Source of the DNA: a virus
IMG/VR virus record: IMGVR_UViG_3300009553_000019
Coordinates: 1-64,000 of that record
DNA: 64,000 nt
Reading direction: 5' to 3' (one strand)
The notes beneath the pieces were generated by a model, which ran no database searches, had not been told where the DNA came from, and saw nothing but the letters and a program-made list of their open reading frames with translations. Positions 19,277 through 27,023 of the stretch are shown here, piece by piece. Numbering within the stretch: the stretch's first letter is position 1; each line of letters starts with the position of its first letter. A program made the translations under genes and the position numbers.

Positions 19277-19729
19277 GTGCCTACTAATCCTCCAAATACA
19301 CTGGTTAGAAGCTCTCATGCTTTGACCATCAGAGCAAACGGTATAACAGTTGGCGTTATTCAAGGCTGGTCTCCAGCTATGAATCGGGCGATTACACCGG
19401 TATATGAAATATCGGTCGCTACCAGCGGTGAACCCATTGAGAACGTACCTGGAAATGTTGGTGGGTTAACCATCTCCGTCTCCCGATTTGATCTATACAC
19501 TAAGCGTATGGAGTCAGCATTTGGTACACCAGATGTAGCAATGCTAGGAGATCACAACAACCCATTCCAGGTTCTCGAAATTTGGAGATTCCCTGATAAT
19601 ACTCAAGAGGGCTGGCTTTATCTAGGCTGTTGGTTCTCCAACATGGGTAGAAACTATTCTGCTACCGACCAACGCTTAGTAAATGTTTCAGCATCTATTT
19701 CGTATGTTCGTAAGATTCGGTCAATCTGA
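19277..19729 (+). CDS. Tail tube protein
   Basis: 150 aa, after sheath. VG.IQ.W, R.I.PVYEI, E.VPG, L.GCWF, SASISY pattern of myophage tubes. Confidence 0.8.
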   Translation: MPTNPPNTLVRSSHALTIRANGITVGVIQGWSPAMNRAITPVYEISVATSGEPIENVPGNVGGLTISVSRFDLYTKRMESAFGTPDVAMLGDHNNPFQVLEIWRFPDNTQEGWLYLGCWFSNMGRNYSATDQRLVNVSASISYVRKIRSI

Positions 19730-19736
19730 GGTTAAG

Positions 19737-20201
19737 ATGAAAAAGTTTTTCTCGCTGTTTTTAATTTTTGCAATCATCCTTCCTGCCGCAGTACTCGAAA
19801 CTGGCTGCACAGAGGCCTTGTCTGATGCAAACATTGGTAAGGCTAGTTCTGTCTTGAGTGCTATCGAAACAGTTGTTTCTGTGGCCTCAGTGATTTTTGG
19901 TGATGCAAAACCTTTGATTCCAGCAGATCATCAAGATACTGCTCAAAATGCTTTCAATACTTTGGTCTTGAATGTTGAAAAAGCAAAAACTGCTTTGGCA
20001 GATGCTTTGAGTTTAGCCAAAGATTCAAAGACTCGTCCAGATACTAGAAAACTGGTTGATGATGCGATCAGTGCAATTAACGATCTTCAAGACTTTTTGA
20101 AGACTTTGAAAACTTCTAAGTTTGGTATTAAACCAAATGGAGAAGATGATGTCAGTAAAGTCTTTGAAACGTCAAAAGGAATCCTTGCAAGAAGTAAATA
20201 G
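19737..20201 (+). CDS. Predicted lipoprotein, helical
   Basis: MKKFF + hydrophobic stretch + lipobox-like LETGC; RBS GAGG before ATG 19737. Confidence 0.55.
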   Translation: MKKFFSLFLIFAIILPAAVLETGCTEALSDANIGKASSVLSAIETVVSVASVIFGDAKPLIPADHQDTAQNAFNTLVLNVEKAKTALADALSLAKDSKTRPDTRKLVDDAISAINDLQDFLKTLKTSKFGIKPNGEDDVSKVFETSKGILARSK

Positions 20202-20238
20202 TCAGTTGGTAAACCAGTCATTAGTAGGTTTATAATTG

Positions 20239-20376
20239 ACAATGCTAAACTTATATCTCACTAGAAAAACGACTTAGTTTAGCACTGTATGGTAACATAA
20301 GTTCGAAGGATTCCTGAGCGTGTAATAACGCGATGACGGGCTCCAAGGAGGTTAAGTCTTGTTACTTAACCTCCTT
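20239..20376 (+). ncRNA. Candidate structured RNA leader containing a kink-turn
   Basis: TATAAT at 20231. Stem 20243-20251/20276-20284. K-turn 20308-20344 (CUGA / GAUGA around a GCGU/ACGC stem). Perfect 13-bp hairpin 20345-20357/20364-20376. Confidence 0.5.
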
Positions 20377-20399
20377 CATCACGTTTAGTAGGAGCAAAA

Positions 20400-20930
20400 A
20401 TGTCTGATCAAAATGATATCTCAAACGCAAAACGACAATCAGCCTTAAATGTACTTGACGATCTAGCATCGGAATTGGATCAGGGGTTTCTTGAAGAAAC
20501 ATATACTGTAAAAGGAGTAGAATGGACAATTCGTCTACTGAACGACCATGAGAGAAACTGGGCTAATGGCTATCTGAGAAACGCCTCTCTTACTTCGATG
20601 GCAACCTCTTTGAGATCCCCAACATTAGCTATCGCTATTCGTAAAATTAACGGGTTAAGTGTTGAGGCATTTTTTACACAAAAATGGCAAGAACGAGAAA
20701 CTGCGTTGAGCGAGGTTGAGAAGGCAATTTTAGCTGCTACCAACCAGTTCGTAAAACAGTACTTTTTTGCTGAAACATTATTTAAGTGGTTATCTGAAAG
20801 ACCTCCACAATTTGTTCAAGAGTTATGGTCAAAATACACAGCTTTAGACGATCGTAGGGAGGCAGCAGAAAGCGCCATGGGAAAATCTTTGGGGCAGGTT
20901 GGGACATCGGAGACTCCCCAGACTACTTAA
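20400..20930 (+). CDS. Tail assembly chaperone (gpG-like, short form)
   Basis: Between tube and tape measure; RBS AGGAG; slippery G GGA AAA near the 3' end. Confidence 0.75.
   Translation: MSDQNDISNAKRQSALNVLDDLASELDQGFLEETYTVKGVEWTIRLLNDHERNWANGYLRNASLTSMATSLRSPTLAIAIRKINGLSVEAFFTQKWQERETALSEVEKAILAATNQFVKQYFFAETLFKWLSERPPQFVQELWSKYTALDDRREAAESAMGKSLGQVGTSETPQTT
20879..20885 (+). other. Programmed -1 ribosomal frameshift site GGGAAAA
   Basis: X XXY YYZ heptamer in frame (ATG GGA AAA). The -1 frame is open for 60 codons into the 21059..21676 ORF. Confidence 0.8.
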
Positions 20931-21676
20931 AAGATGATCCATTTCTAAAAACATTACGTGAAGATCCAGCTCTTAGCTGGAGGTGGACTCAACTAAAGAT
21001 AAAGGCTAGAGTTTGTCATTCAAAAGGTTTACTATTAAGCGATGACAGGCTGAAGTTTATGAACAAGTCCAGGTGGATGTTTGAAACCTGGCAAATAGCC
21101 TTATCAGAGACACAAAAAGCTAATCAAACCACAAAGATTGGTGAACTAGGGTTTAAAGCTTTACAGAACTTGCTGGTAAATCTTATAGGTTTGAACATTG
21201 AACCCGTTGTTGATGATTCAAAACCACTTGATAAAGATGGTAAGCCAGCATATCGATGGCCAATAGGTGAAGAGTTTACTCCGTTGATCTTAGCAATTGC
21301 CCGCCCTGACTACGTAAAACAGGCAATGGATAAGATAACTACCCTTACTGAATCAGCAACAGCTGAATCTACTGAAAGTGACTATTCAGAAGATGATCTG
21401 CAATTCTTTGATGACTTACCAATCAATGAGAAGCAAACAGTTTGGAATAGTGCGGAATTCCAAAACCAGCTAAAGTCTCTCGTCATTATGAAAGATTCGG
21501 CTTCTGTTGACCCTTTTGCTGAAAAGATAGAACAACCTGTTGGTCCTACAGCTGAAGATAAGAAACGTTTAGCAGAAGAGCAAGCTTTTAATCGACCAAG
21601 GAGAGCACCAGCATTTAAGGTTGATGCTGATACTGAAGATTTGCTTGATTTTGGTGAACTTAAGAAAGACATTTGA
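20879..21676 (+). CDS. Tail assembly chaperone, frameshifted C-terminal extension (gpGT-like; ~425-aa fusion)
   Basis: The -1 frame reads GKIFGAGWDIGDSPDYLKDDPF...LKFMNKSRW... with no stop. The 21059 ATG lacks a clear RBS. Confidence 0.75.
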   Translation, partial: GKIFGAGWDIGDSPDYLKDDPFLKTLREDPALSWRWTQLKIKARVCHSKGLLLSDDRLKFMNKSRWMFETWQIALSETQKANQTTKIGELGFKALQNLLVNLIGLNIEPVVDDSKPLDKDGKPAYRWPIGEEFTPLILAIARPDYVKQAMDKITTLTESATAESTESDYSEDDLQFFDDLPINEKQTVWNSAEFQNQLKSLVIMKDSASVDPFAEKIEQPVGPTAEDKKRLAEEQAFNRPRRAPAFKVDADTEDLLDFGELKKDI

Positions 21677-24030
21677 TGGAACTAGAAGCAGAGCTAAGTG
21701 TTGAAGGTTTAGATTCAACATCCTCTTCCTTTACTGATATGGGTAAAGCGGTGGAGGAGTTTGAGCCACTCGCTGAACGACTTGCTAAAGCATTAGGCTC
21801 TGTTTCTGCTACATTAGATTCGCTATCTAAAAAAGTAGATAGCGAGGTTAAGCTAAGTCAAGAGCAGCAAAAGAAACTTGACGAAAAACAGCAGGATCAG
21901 GAACGTAAAAAGAGTGAAGAAGATGCAAAAAATGAGCAATCAAGGCTTCAAAACAAAGTTGCTCAGTTGATTGGTGGTGGGATTAACACTGCTGCTTACG
22001 CTCAAGCTCTCGATAAGGTAAAAGAGCAAGAAGATGCAATTCAAGAAGCTGCTAAGAGAGGGTTGATAACAACTAAGGAAAAGGTTGAAGCTTTAGGTAA
22101 GCTAAAGGTTCAATACAGCAAGTTAGCCACCGAATCTGCAGTCTACAACGCACTAGGTCAAGGTGCTATTGGTAGGATAGCAGCTACAACGACTAGTAGA
22201 TTAATGTCGGTACCTGGCAAAGCTGTTGACGCGGTTGGATCACAGATTTCAGGTATTGGGACGGGGTTGATGGGTTTAGCAGGCTCATTACCCATCGCTG
22301 GTGGACTTTTTGGGTTGATGCTATATGGTGTAATGAACCAAGACAGACTCAATAGAGAAGCTGGGGAGATCCTTAACATAGGTTCAGCCATGGCTGGAAA
22401 CCTTACCTCTGCTGGTTCTGGTTGGTTATCCGGATTCCAAGAAAAGGCACAAAAGTACTACGCAATTAACAAGAGCGAGGTACAGGGCCTTCTTTCAACG
22501 TTTAAAGAAGCTGGATTCTCAATAAACGATGTACTAAAGAAGCAGTCGGGGTCATTAGGCGAGGTTGGGTCTAACATTATGACCCTGACTTTAGGTATTG
22601 ATAAACACTTTGAGCTAGCATCTGGGGCATCTGCAAGAAATGTAGTTTCGCTAGTTAACGACTTTGGCATGAAGGTAAAAGATGCTGGGGATCTTTACGA
22701 GAAATTGGCTTTTGCGGGTTCTAGATCTGGTATCGGTGTACAAAACTTTGTTAACTATGTTCAGCAAGGTTCAATGACTCTACGGCAGTATGGTGTTTCT
22801 GTAGAAAATACTGCTGTAGTTTTGACCAAGTTACAAGACGCTTATGAAGCAATGGGCATGCCCAAGGCTTTGGCTGGTACTCAAGCGGGTATAGCTTTGG
22901 GTCAAATTTCCGGAGGGATGGCCAATCTAAATTCTGGAATGCAAGGCTATATGGCTGAACGAATGGGGATGGGTCAGGGTATCGAAGCTAGGATGCATTT
23001 TAGGGAAGGGATGGAGCGGTTATCAAAGGGTGGGGCTGATAATTCATTCCTGAGTGATTTCATTCGTCAAGCTAGACAAATGGCGCTTGAATCAACTGGT
23101 GGGGATTCAGCCATGGCGAGATATTTCCTCGAGCAGCAGGGGTTTGGTTTTGAAGGAGCCAAGGGGATAATGACCATTGGTGATAAGTTAGATAAGGGTC
23201 AAACCTTAGATCAGCTATCACTAAAAGAACAACAATCCCTTAGAGATTCCTTTATGACTGAAGGTCAGAAACAGGGGGAAATCCAGAAGAATATGAATAA
23301 GATTCTTGCTGGGATGGCTGACATAGGACAAGGTCTCTTAAAGATTGTAACCAACTTTGTAGGGTGGGGAATCGTATTTTTCAAGACATTGATGGTTCGT
23401 TTTACAGGAACAGAAGAAGAGAAGCAGAAAGCTCAAGTTGAGCTCGATAAGTTCTCAAAAGGTATGCGGGAAGGCGCTAGTCAAATTTGGGGTGGCAAAG
23501 ATTCAACTGGTGGTTTTAAGGGTTTAAAATCTGGATTTGGTGGGTTGTTAGCACCAATTGCTAAACCATTGACAGATGCTATTGAATGGGATCCACATTC
23601 AGCTAATTCACCTCCTCCCATTCCAATTGATGAACATACAACTAAAAAAGAAGCCGAAACTAAAGCTGCTGAAGCTGCATACCAAAAGTCAATGGTAGGT
23701 CAAATTGATAAATACTCGGATGAGTATTACCACAAGTTAGTACATGATTCAGATTCAACTGCAATGCAAGCCCTATATGCTGCTAACGCTGGGTTAGCAA
23801 AAGTAGAAATTGGTGCATTGAAGGCTATATCCCATCCGATTGAGAAGTTCAACAATTGGCGAAGTGGCGGAAGTTGGGAATCGGATGACGAAAAAGCTGC
23901 TAAGGATAGAGGGGTGCAGGCATATGATGCATGGCAAGCAGCTCATGGCAAGAAAGTTGTCATAACTGTTGAAGCAAGTAGTAGTAATCAACAATCACGA
24001 CCATCAACTAGATCAATAATGGATCATTAA
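21673..24030 (+). CDS. Tape-measure-like protein, paralogue 1
   Basis: 785 aa, helical A/G/Q/K-rich, follows the chaperone, with hydrophobic GLFGLMLYG segment. Confidence 0.7.
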   Translation: MMELEAELSVEGLDSTSSSFTDMGKAVEEFEPLAERLAKALGSVSATLDSLSKKVDSEVKLSQEQQKKLDEKQQDQERKKSEEDAKNEQSRLQNKVAQLIGGGINTAAYAQALDKVKEQEDAIQEAAKRGLITTKEKVEALGKLKVQYSKLATESAVYNALGQGAIGRIAATTTSRLMSVPGKAVDAVGSQISGIGTGLMGLAGSLPIAGGLFGLMLYGVMNQDRLNREAGEILNIGSAMAGNLTSAGSGWLSGFQEKAQKYYAINKSEVQGLLSTFKEAGFSINDVLKKQSGSLGEVGSNIMTLTLGIDKHFELASGASARNVVSLVNDFGMKVKDAGDLYEKLAFAGSRSGIGVQNFVNYVQQGSMTLRQYGVSVENTAVVLTKLQDAYEAMGMPKALAGTQAGIALGQISGGMANLNSGMQGYMAERMGMGQGIEARMHFREGMERLSKGGADNSFLSDFIRQARQMALESTGGDSAMARYFLEQQGFGFEGAKGIMTIGDKLDKGQTLDQLSLKEQQSLRDSFMTEGQKQGEIQKNMNKILAGMADIGQGLLKIVTNFVGWGIVFFKTLMVRFTGTEEEKQKAQVELDKFSKGMREGASQIWGGKDSTGGFKGLKSGFGGLLAPIAKPLTDAIEWDPHSANSPPPIPIDEHTTKKEAETKAAEAAYQKSMVGQIDKYSDEYYHKLVHDSDSTAMQALYAANAGLAKVEIGALKAISHPIEKFNNWRSGGSWESDDEKAAKDRGVQAYDAWQAAHGKKVVITVEASSSNQQSRPSTRSIMDH

Positions 24031-24845
24031 TGCCCGTTTCCCCATCGTTAGCACAGGCCCTAGACCTAGCAAACCGTTTTAATCGAGGTGATGGGAATGC
24101 AGGTCCTCGAATTCCCATGTTGATATACTCTGATGCTACTGCCGCCAGAGGCGAACCTCCTCTTCAGTTAAGAATCAATCCGCAGTCTGTAGCTTTTAAT
24201 CAACCAAAGCGCATATCAAAAAAGAATACGCAAGCTGGAACTGTGTATATGCATTGGTCTGACGAGAATGGAAGTAACAATGACATTCTTGAAATGCAGT
24301 TTAAGGGCAAAACTGGCAACATCAACCTGAAACACGATAAACCAAATCAACCAACTCTAGTTGGTAATGCTCTTCAAACGTTAGCAAATACACTTTCGAA
24401 TACTCCACCAAATCAAGGTCCAGCGCCTAATCAAGGAGCTGGAAAACTTTACACTTGGGCTAGGTTGTACCAAATGACACTAGCACCAACTCTGGATTTT
24501 TTGCCAGTTGGAAATACTGGTGGAACTTCCCGTCAAAACATAACTTCTTACATAGTTTATCGATCTCCCCTCCTACCACGAGCTATTAGATTTGGTGGAT
24601 TCTTTAACAACGCTTTAACATTTGCTGAAAATGCTGAACAGCCATGGTTAGTAGACTGGTCATTTAGCTTTATTGTCCAAAAGACAAATCCACCTCTCAA
24701 CCAACTTACTTCTTATCTAAACAACATCCTAACTGGTGGAGACAATGCTTTTGTAACCACCATTCAACAAGCTCAGAGAGATACAGTAGAGATGGCAGAG
24801 ACTAACAGAGCTGCTCAAGTAAATACAAATTTCAAACAGGGTTAA
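24030..24845 (+). CDS. Tube-initiator/baseplate tail-tube-fold protein
   Basis: INPQS....K.I.K..T.AG, F.G.F...F.E.AE.P....WSFSF.V pattern. Confidence 0.6.
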   Translation: MPVSPSLAQALDLANRFNRGDGNAGPRIPMLIYSDATAARGEPPLQLRINPQSVAFNQPKRISKKNTQAGTVYMHWSDENGSNNDILEMQFKGKTGNINLKHDKPNQPTLVGNALQTLANTLSNTPPNQGPAPNQGAGKLYTWARLYQMTLAPTLDFLPVGNTGGTSRQNITSYIVYRSPLLPRAIRFGGFFNNALTFAENAEQPWLVDWSFSFIVQKTNPPLNQLTSYLNNILTGGDNAFVTTIQQAQRDTVEMAETNRAAQVNTNFKQG

Positions 24846-24848
24846 GTC

Positions 24849-27023
24849 TTGGAAAAAGAAGTTGAATTAGACCTGGAAGGAGTTGCTTCTAGTTTTACAG
24901 ATTTAGGTAAAGCTATAGCCTCCTTGGCTAATTCAGCTGAAAATTACTCTGAAATTTTAGCTCAAAAGAAACAGAAAAAGACTCCTGAGAAAGAAAACGA
25001 TACTTTAGACCCGCTACTGCAACTTCAAAAAGATCGTCAAGTAGCTCTAAGAGAATTTTCTTCTCAGCTGCAGTTAGCAGGACTACCTCAGGCTGAAATT
25101 AGAGAGTTAGTGACCATTCAAGAAAACATACTAGCTCTTGGCGATGCTGAAAAAACAGGTTTAATAACCCGTACGGAAGAAGCTGCTGCAATAAAAAGCA
25201 TGAGAAAAGAGTTGGTAAAAGCTTCAGCTAGGGCTGAAGGAATTGACGAAAATCAACTTAACTCTGCTATGAATTCTGTTGGGGTTTCAAAAGGGTCTAG
25301 ATTGTTAGGGAAGGTTAGCAATCTTGGTGAGCAGCTAGGAGAAATGTCTGGTGGCTTTGGAAAGATTTTCGGATCTTTCACTGGGTTAAGTTCACTGGCA
25401 ACAGGAGGGTTTGCTAGTGCTGGAGTAATGGGTGGAGGGTTAGCATTGTTTGGTGCGATGCTATTTGGAGCTACTGAAACTAGCAGGTTGGGAGCACAGT
25501 ATGGACAAATCTATAATCTAGCAGTTGCTGATGGCGATTCTAGCTATAAGGCTGGTGTTGAATCTTTAGCAGCTTTTCAAGAAAAAGCACAGCATTATTA
25601 TGGTGTAGCTAAAACTGAAACTCTTGCCAACATAAAAATCTTCGTTGATGCGGGTTCCACGTTTAAGAGTATTTTTTCTGCTGAAGCTAAAAGCTGGGGT
25701 GAGGTAGGTGAAAATGCTGTTACGATGTCAATTGGTCTAGATAAGTTTTTCGAATCTGGGGATGGGTTTGCAGCTAAAACAGCAACCTCTATAACTAGAA
25801 ACTACAACCTTGATTTAGAGAAGGCAATCAAGGTTGTAGCAGGTATGGAATTTCAGGCTAAAAACCTTGGTTTTAGTGTAAGCTCCTTTGTTAGCTGGAC
25901 CCTACAAGCAACAGGTAATGTCAGGGAACTTGGCGGGAATTTAGAAGAAACTGCAAGTGCTCTAATCCAACTCAAGAAAAAATACATAGAGTTGGGGTTT
26001 ACAGGTGAGTCTGCTAACAGAATGGCAAACGAGGCTTTACAGTCATTGGTTGGTGGGTTAGCCCATATGTCTACTGGCCAACAGATAAGCATGGCTACAG
26101 AACTTGGCCTAGGCTCTGGGTTAGCAGGTAGACAGGAATTGTTAAACGGTATTGCCAGGGGTGAAGACTCAATCTTAGAGAAAGCTACAAAAGTACTTCG
26201 TGAACGAGCAATGAAGGCTGGTGGTGGTAGAGAATTTGAAGCTAGATTTGTCCTACAGGAAACTATGGGATTTTCTGGTGAAGGGGCGAGAGCTGTTTTA
26301 CTTTTAGGTGAGAAATTCGATAAGGGTTTGAAACTTACCGAGCTTAAAGCAACAGATAAAGCCTTACTAAGAAAAGCGTTTATAGACGAAGGAACGAAAA
26401 CCTCTGCTATTGAGAAGAATAACAGAGAGATGATGGATGGCATAGCTGAGTTAGGTAAGGGCTTACTAACCATTATTGGTAGTTTTTTAGGTGTAGCTAT
26501 TGTTGGTTTTAAAGCCACTCCTGACCTGATTTATGGAAGCGCTGCTGAAAAGTCCGCAGCAGTGGCAATGTTAGATAAAGAATTACGATATATGGATGCT
26601 GGGTTAAATCTAGCAGAAGCAGGTAGTAAAAAGGCCTTATCAGGTGTTTGGCATCAGATTGAGCCACTTTTAAGACCTGTAAAAGAGGCTCTTAGTTTTA
26701 ACGCTATAGGTGTAAAGTCACCTGAACCTGTTGAAAAACCTTCTCCTATATCCTCAGCTAAACCAACGAAATCCCTACCTTCGTCTTGGGATGTTGCTAA
26801 ATCACCTTCTCCTTCATCATTCTATCAGACAGATAACCAAAGCAAAGCTCCAACCACAAAACAACTAAAAAATGGTTACAAACCAACAACACAGGCTATT
26901 AAGGATTTGGGTAAGACCAAAGTCGAACAGACTGAAGATGCTATAAAGAATGCAGAATGGCAGTGGTTACCTGGATCTTCAGACCCTGACAAACAAGTCA
27001 AAGTTCAAATGACCATTCAATGA
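24849..27023 (+). CDS. Tape-measure-like protein, paralogue 2
   Basis: Shares EG..SSFTD.GKA, FQEKAQ.YY, GEVG.N and F..EG.K with paralogue 1. Confidence 0.7.
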   Translation: MEKEVELDLEGVASSFTDLGKAIASLANSAENYSEILAQKKQKKTPEKENDTLDPLLQLQKDRQVALREFSSQLQLAGLPQAEIRELVTIQENILALGDAEKTGLITRTEEAAAIKSMRKELVKASARAEGIDENQLNSAMNSVGVSKGSRLLGKVSNLGEQLGEMSGGFGKIFGSFTGLSSLATGGFASAGVMGGGLALFGAMLFGATETSRLGAQYGQIYNLAVADGDSSYKAGVESLAAFQEKAQHYYGVAKTETLANIKIFVDAGSTFKSIFSAEAKSWGEVGENAVTMSIGLDKFFESGDGFAAKTATSITRNYNLDLEKAIKVVAGMEFQAKNLGFSVSSFVSWTLQATGNVRELGGNLEETASALIQLKKKYIELGFTGESANRMANEALQSLVGGLAHMSTGQQISMATELGLGSGLAGRQELLNGIARGEDSILEKATKVLRERAMKAGGGREFEARFVLQETMGFSGEGARAVLLLGEKFDKGLKLTELKATDKALLRKAFIDEGTKTSAIEKNNREMMDGIAELGKGLLTIIGSFLGVAIVGFKATPDLIYGSAAEKSAAVAMLDKELRYMDAGLNLAEAGSKKALSGVWHQIEPLLRPVKEALSFNAIGVKSPEPVEKPSPISSAKPTKSLPSSWDVAKSPSPSSFYQTDNQSKAPTTKQLKNGYKPTTQAIKDLGKTKVEQTEDAIKNAEWQWLPGSSDPDKQVKVQMTIQ

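Noticed and set aside
20345-20376. 13-bp hairpin as a Rho-independent terminator
   Set aside because: It has no downstream U-tract on either strand, so it is treated as part of the structured leader instead.
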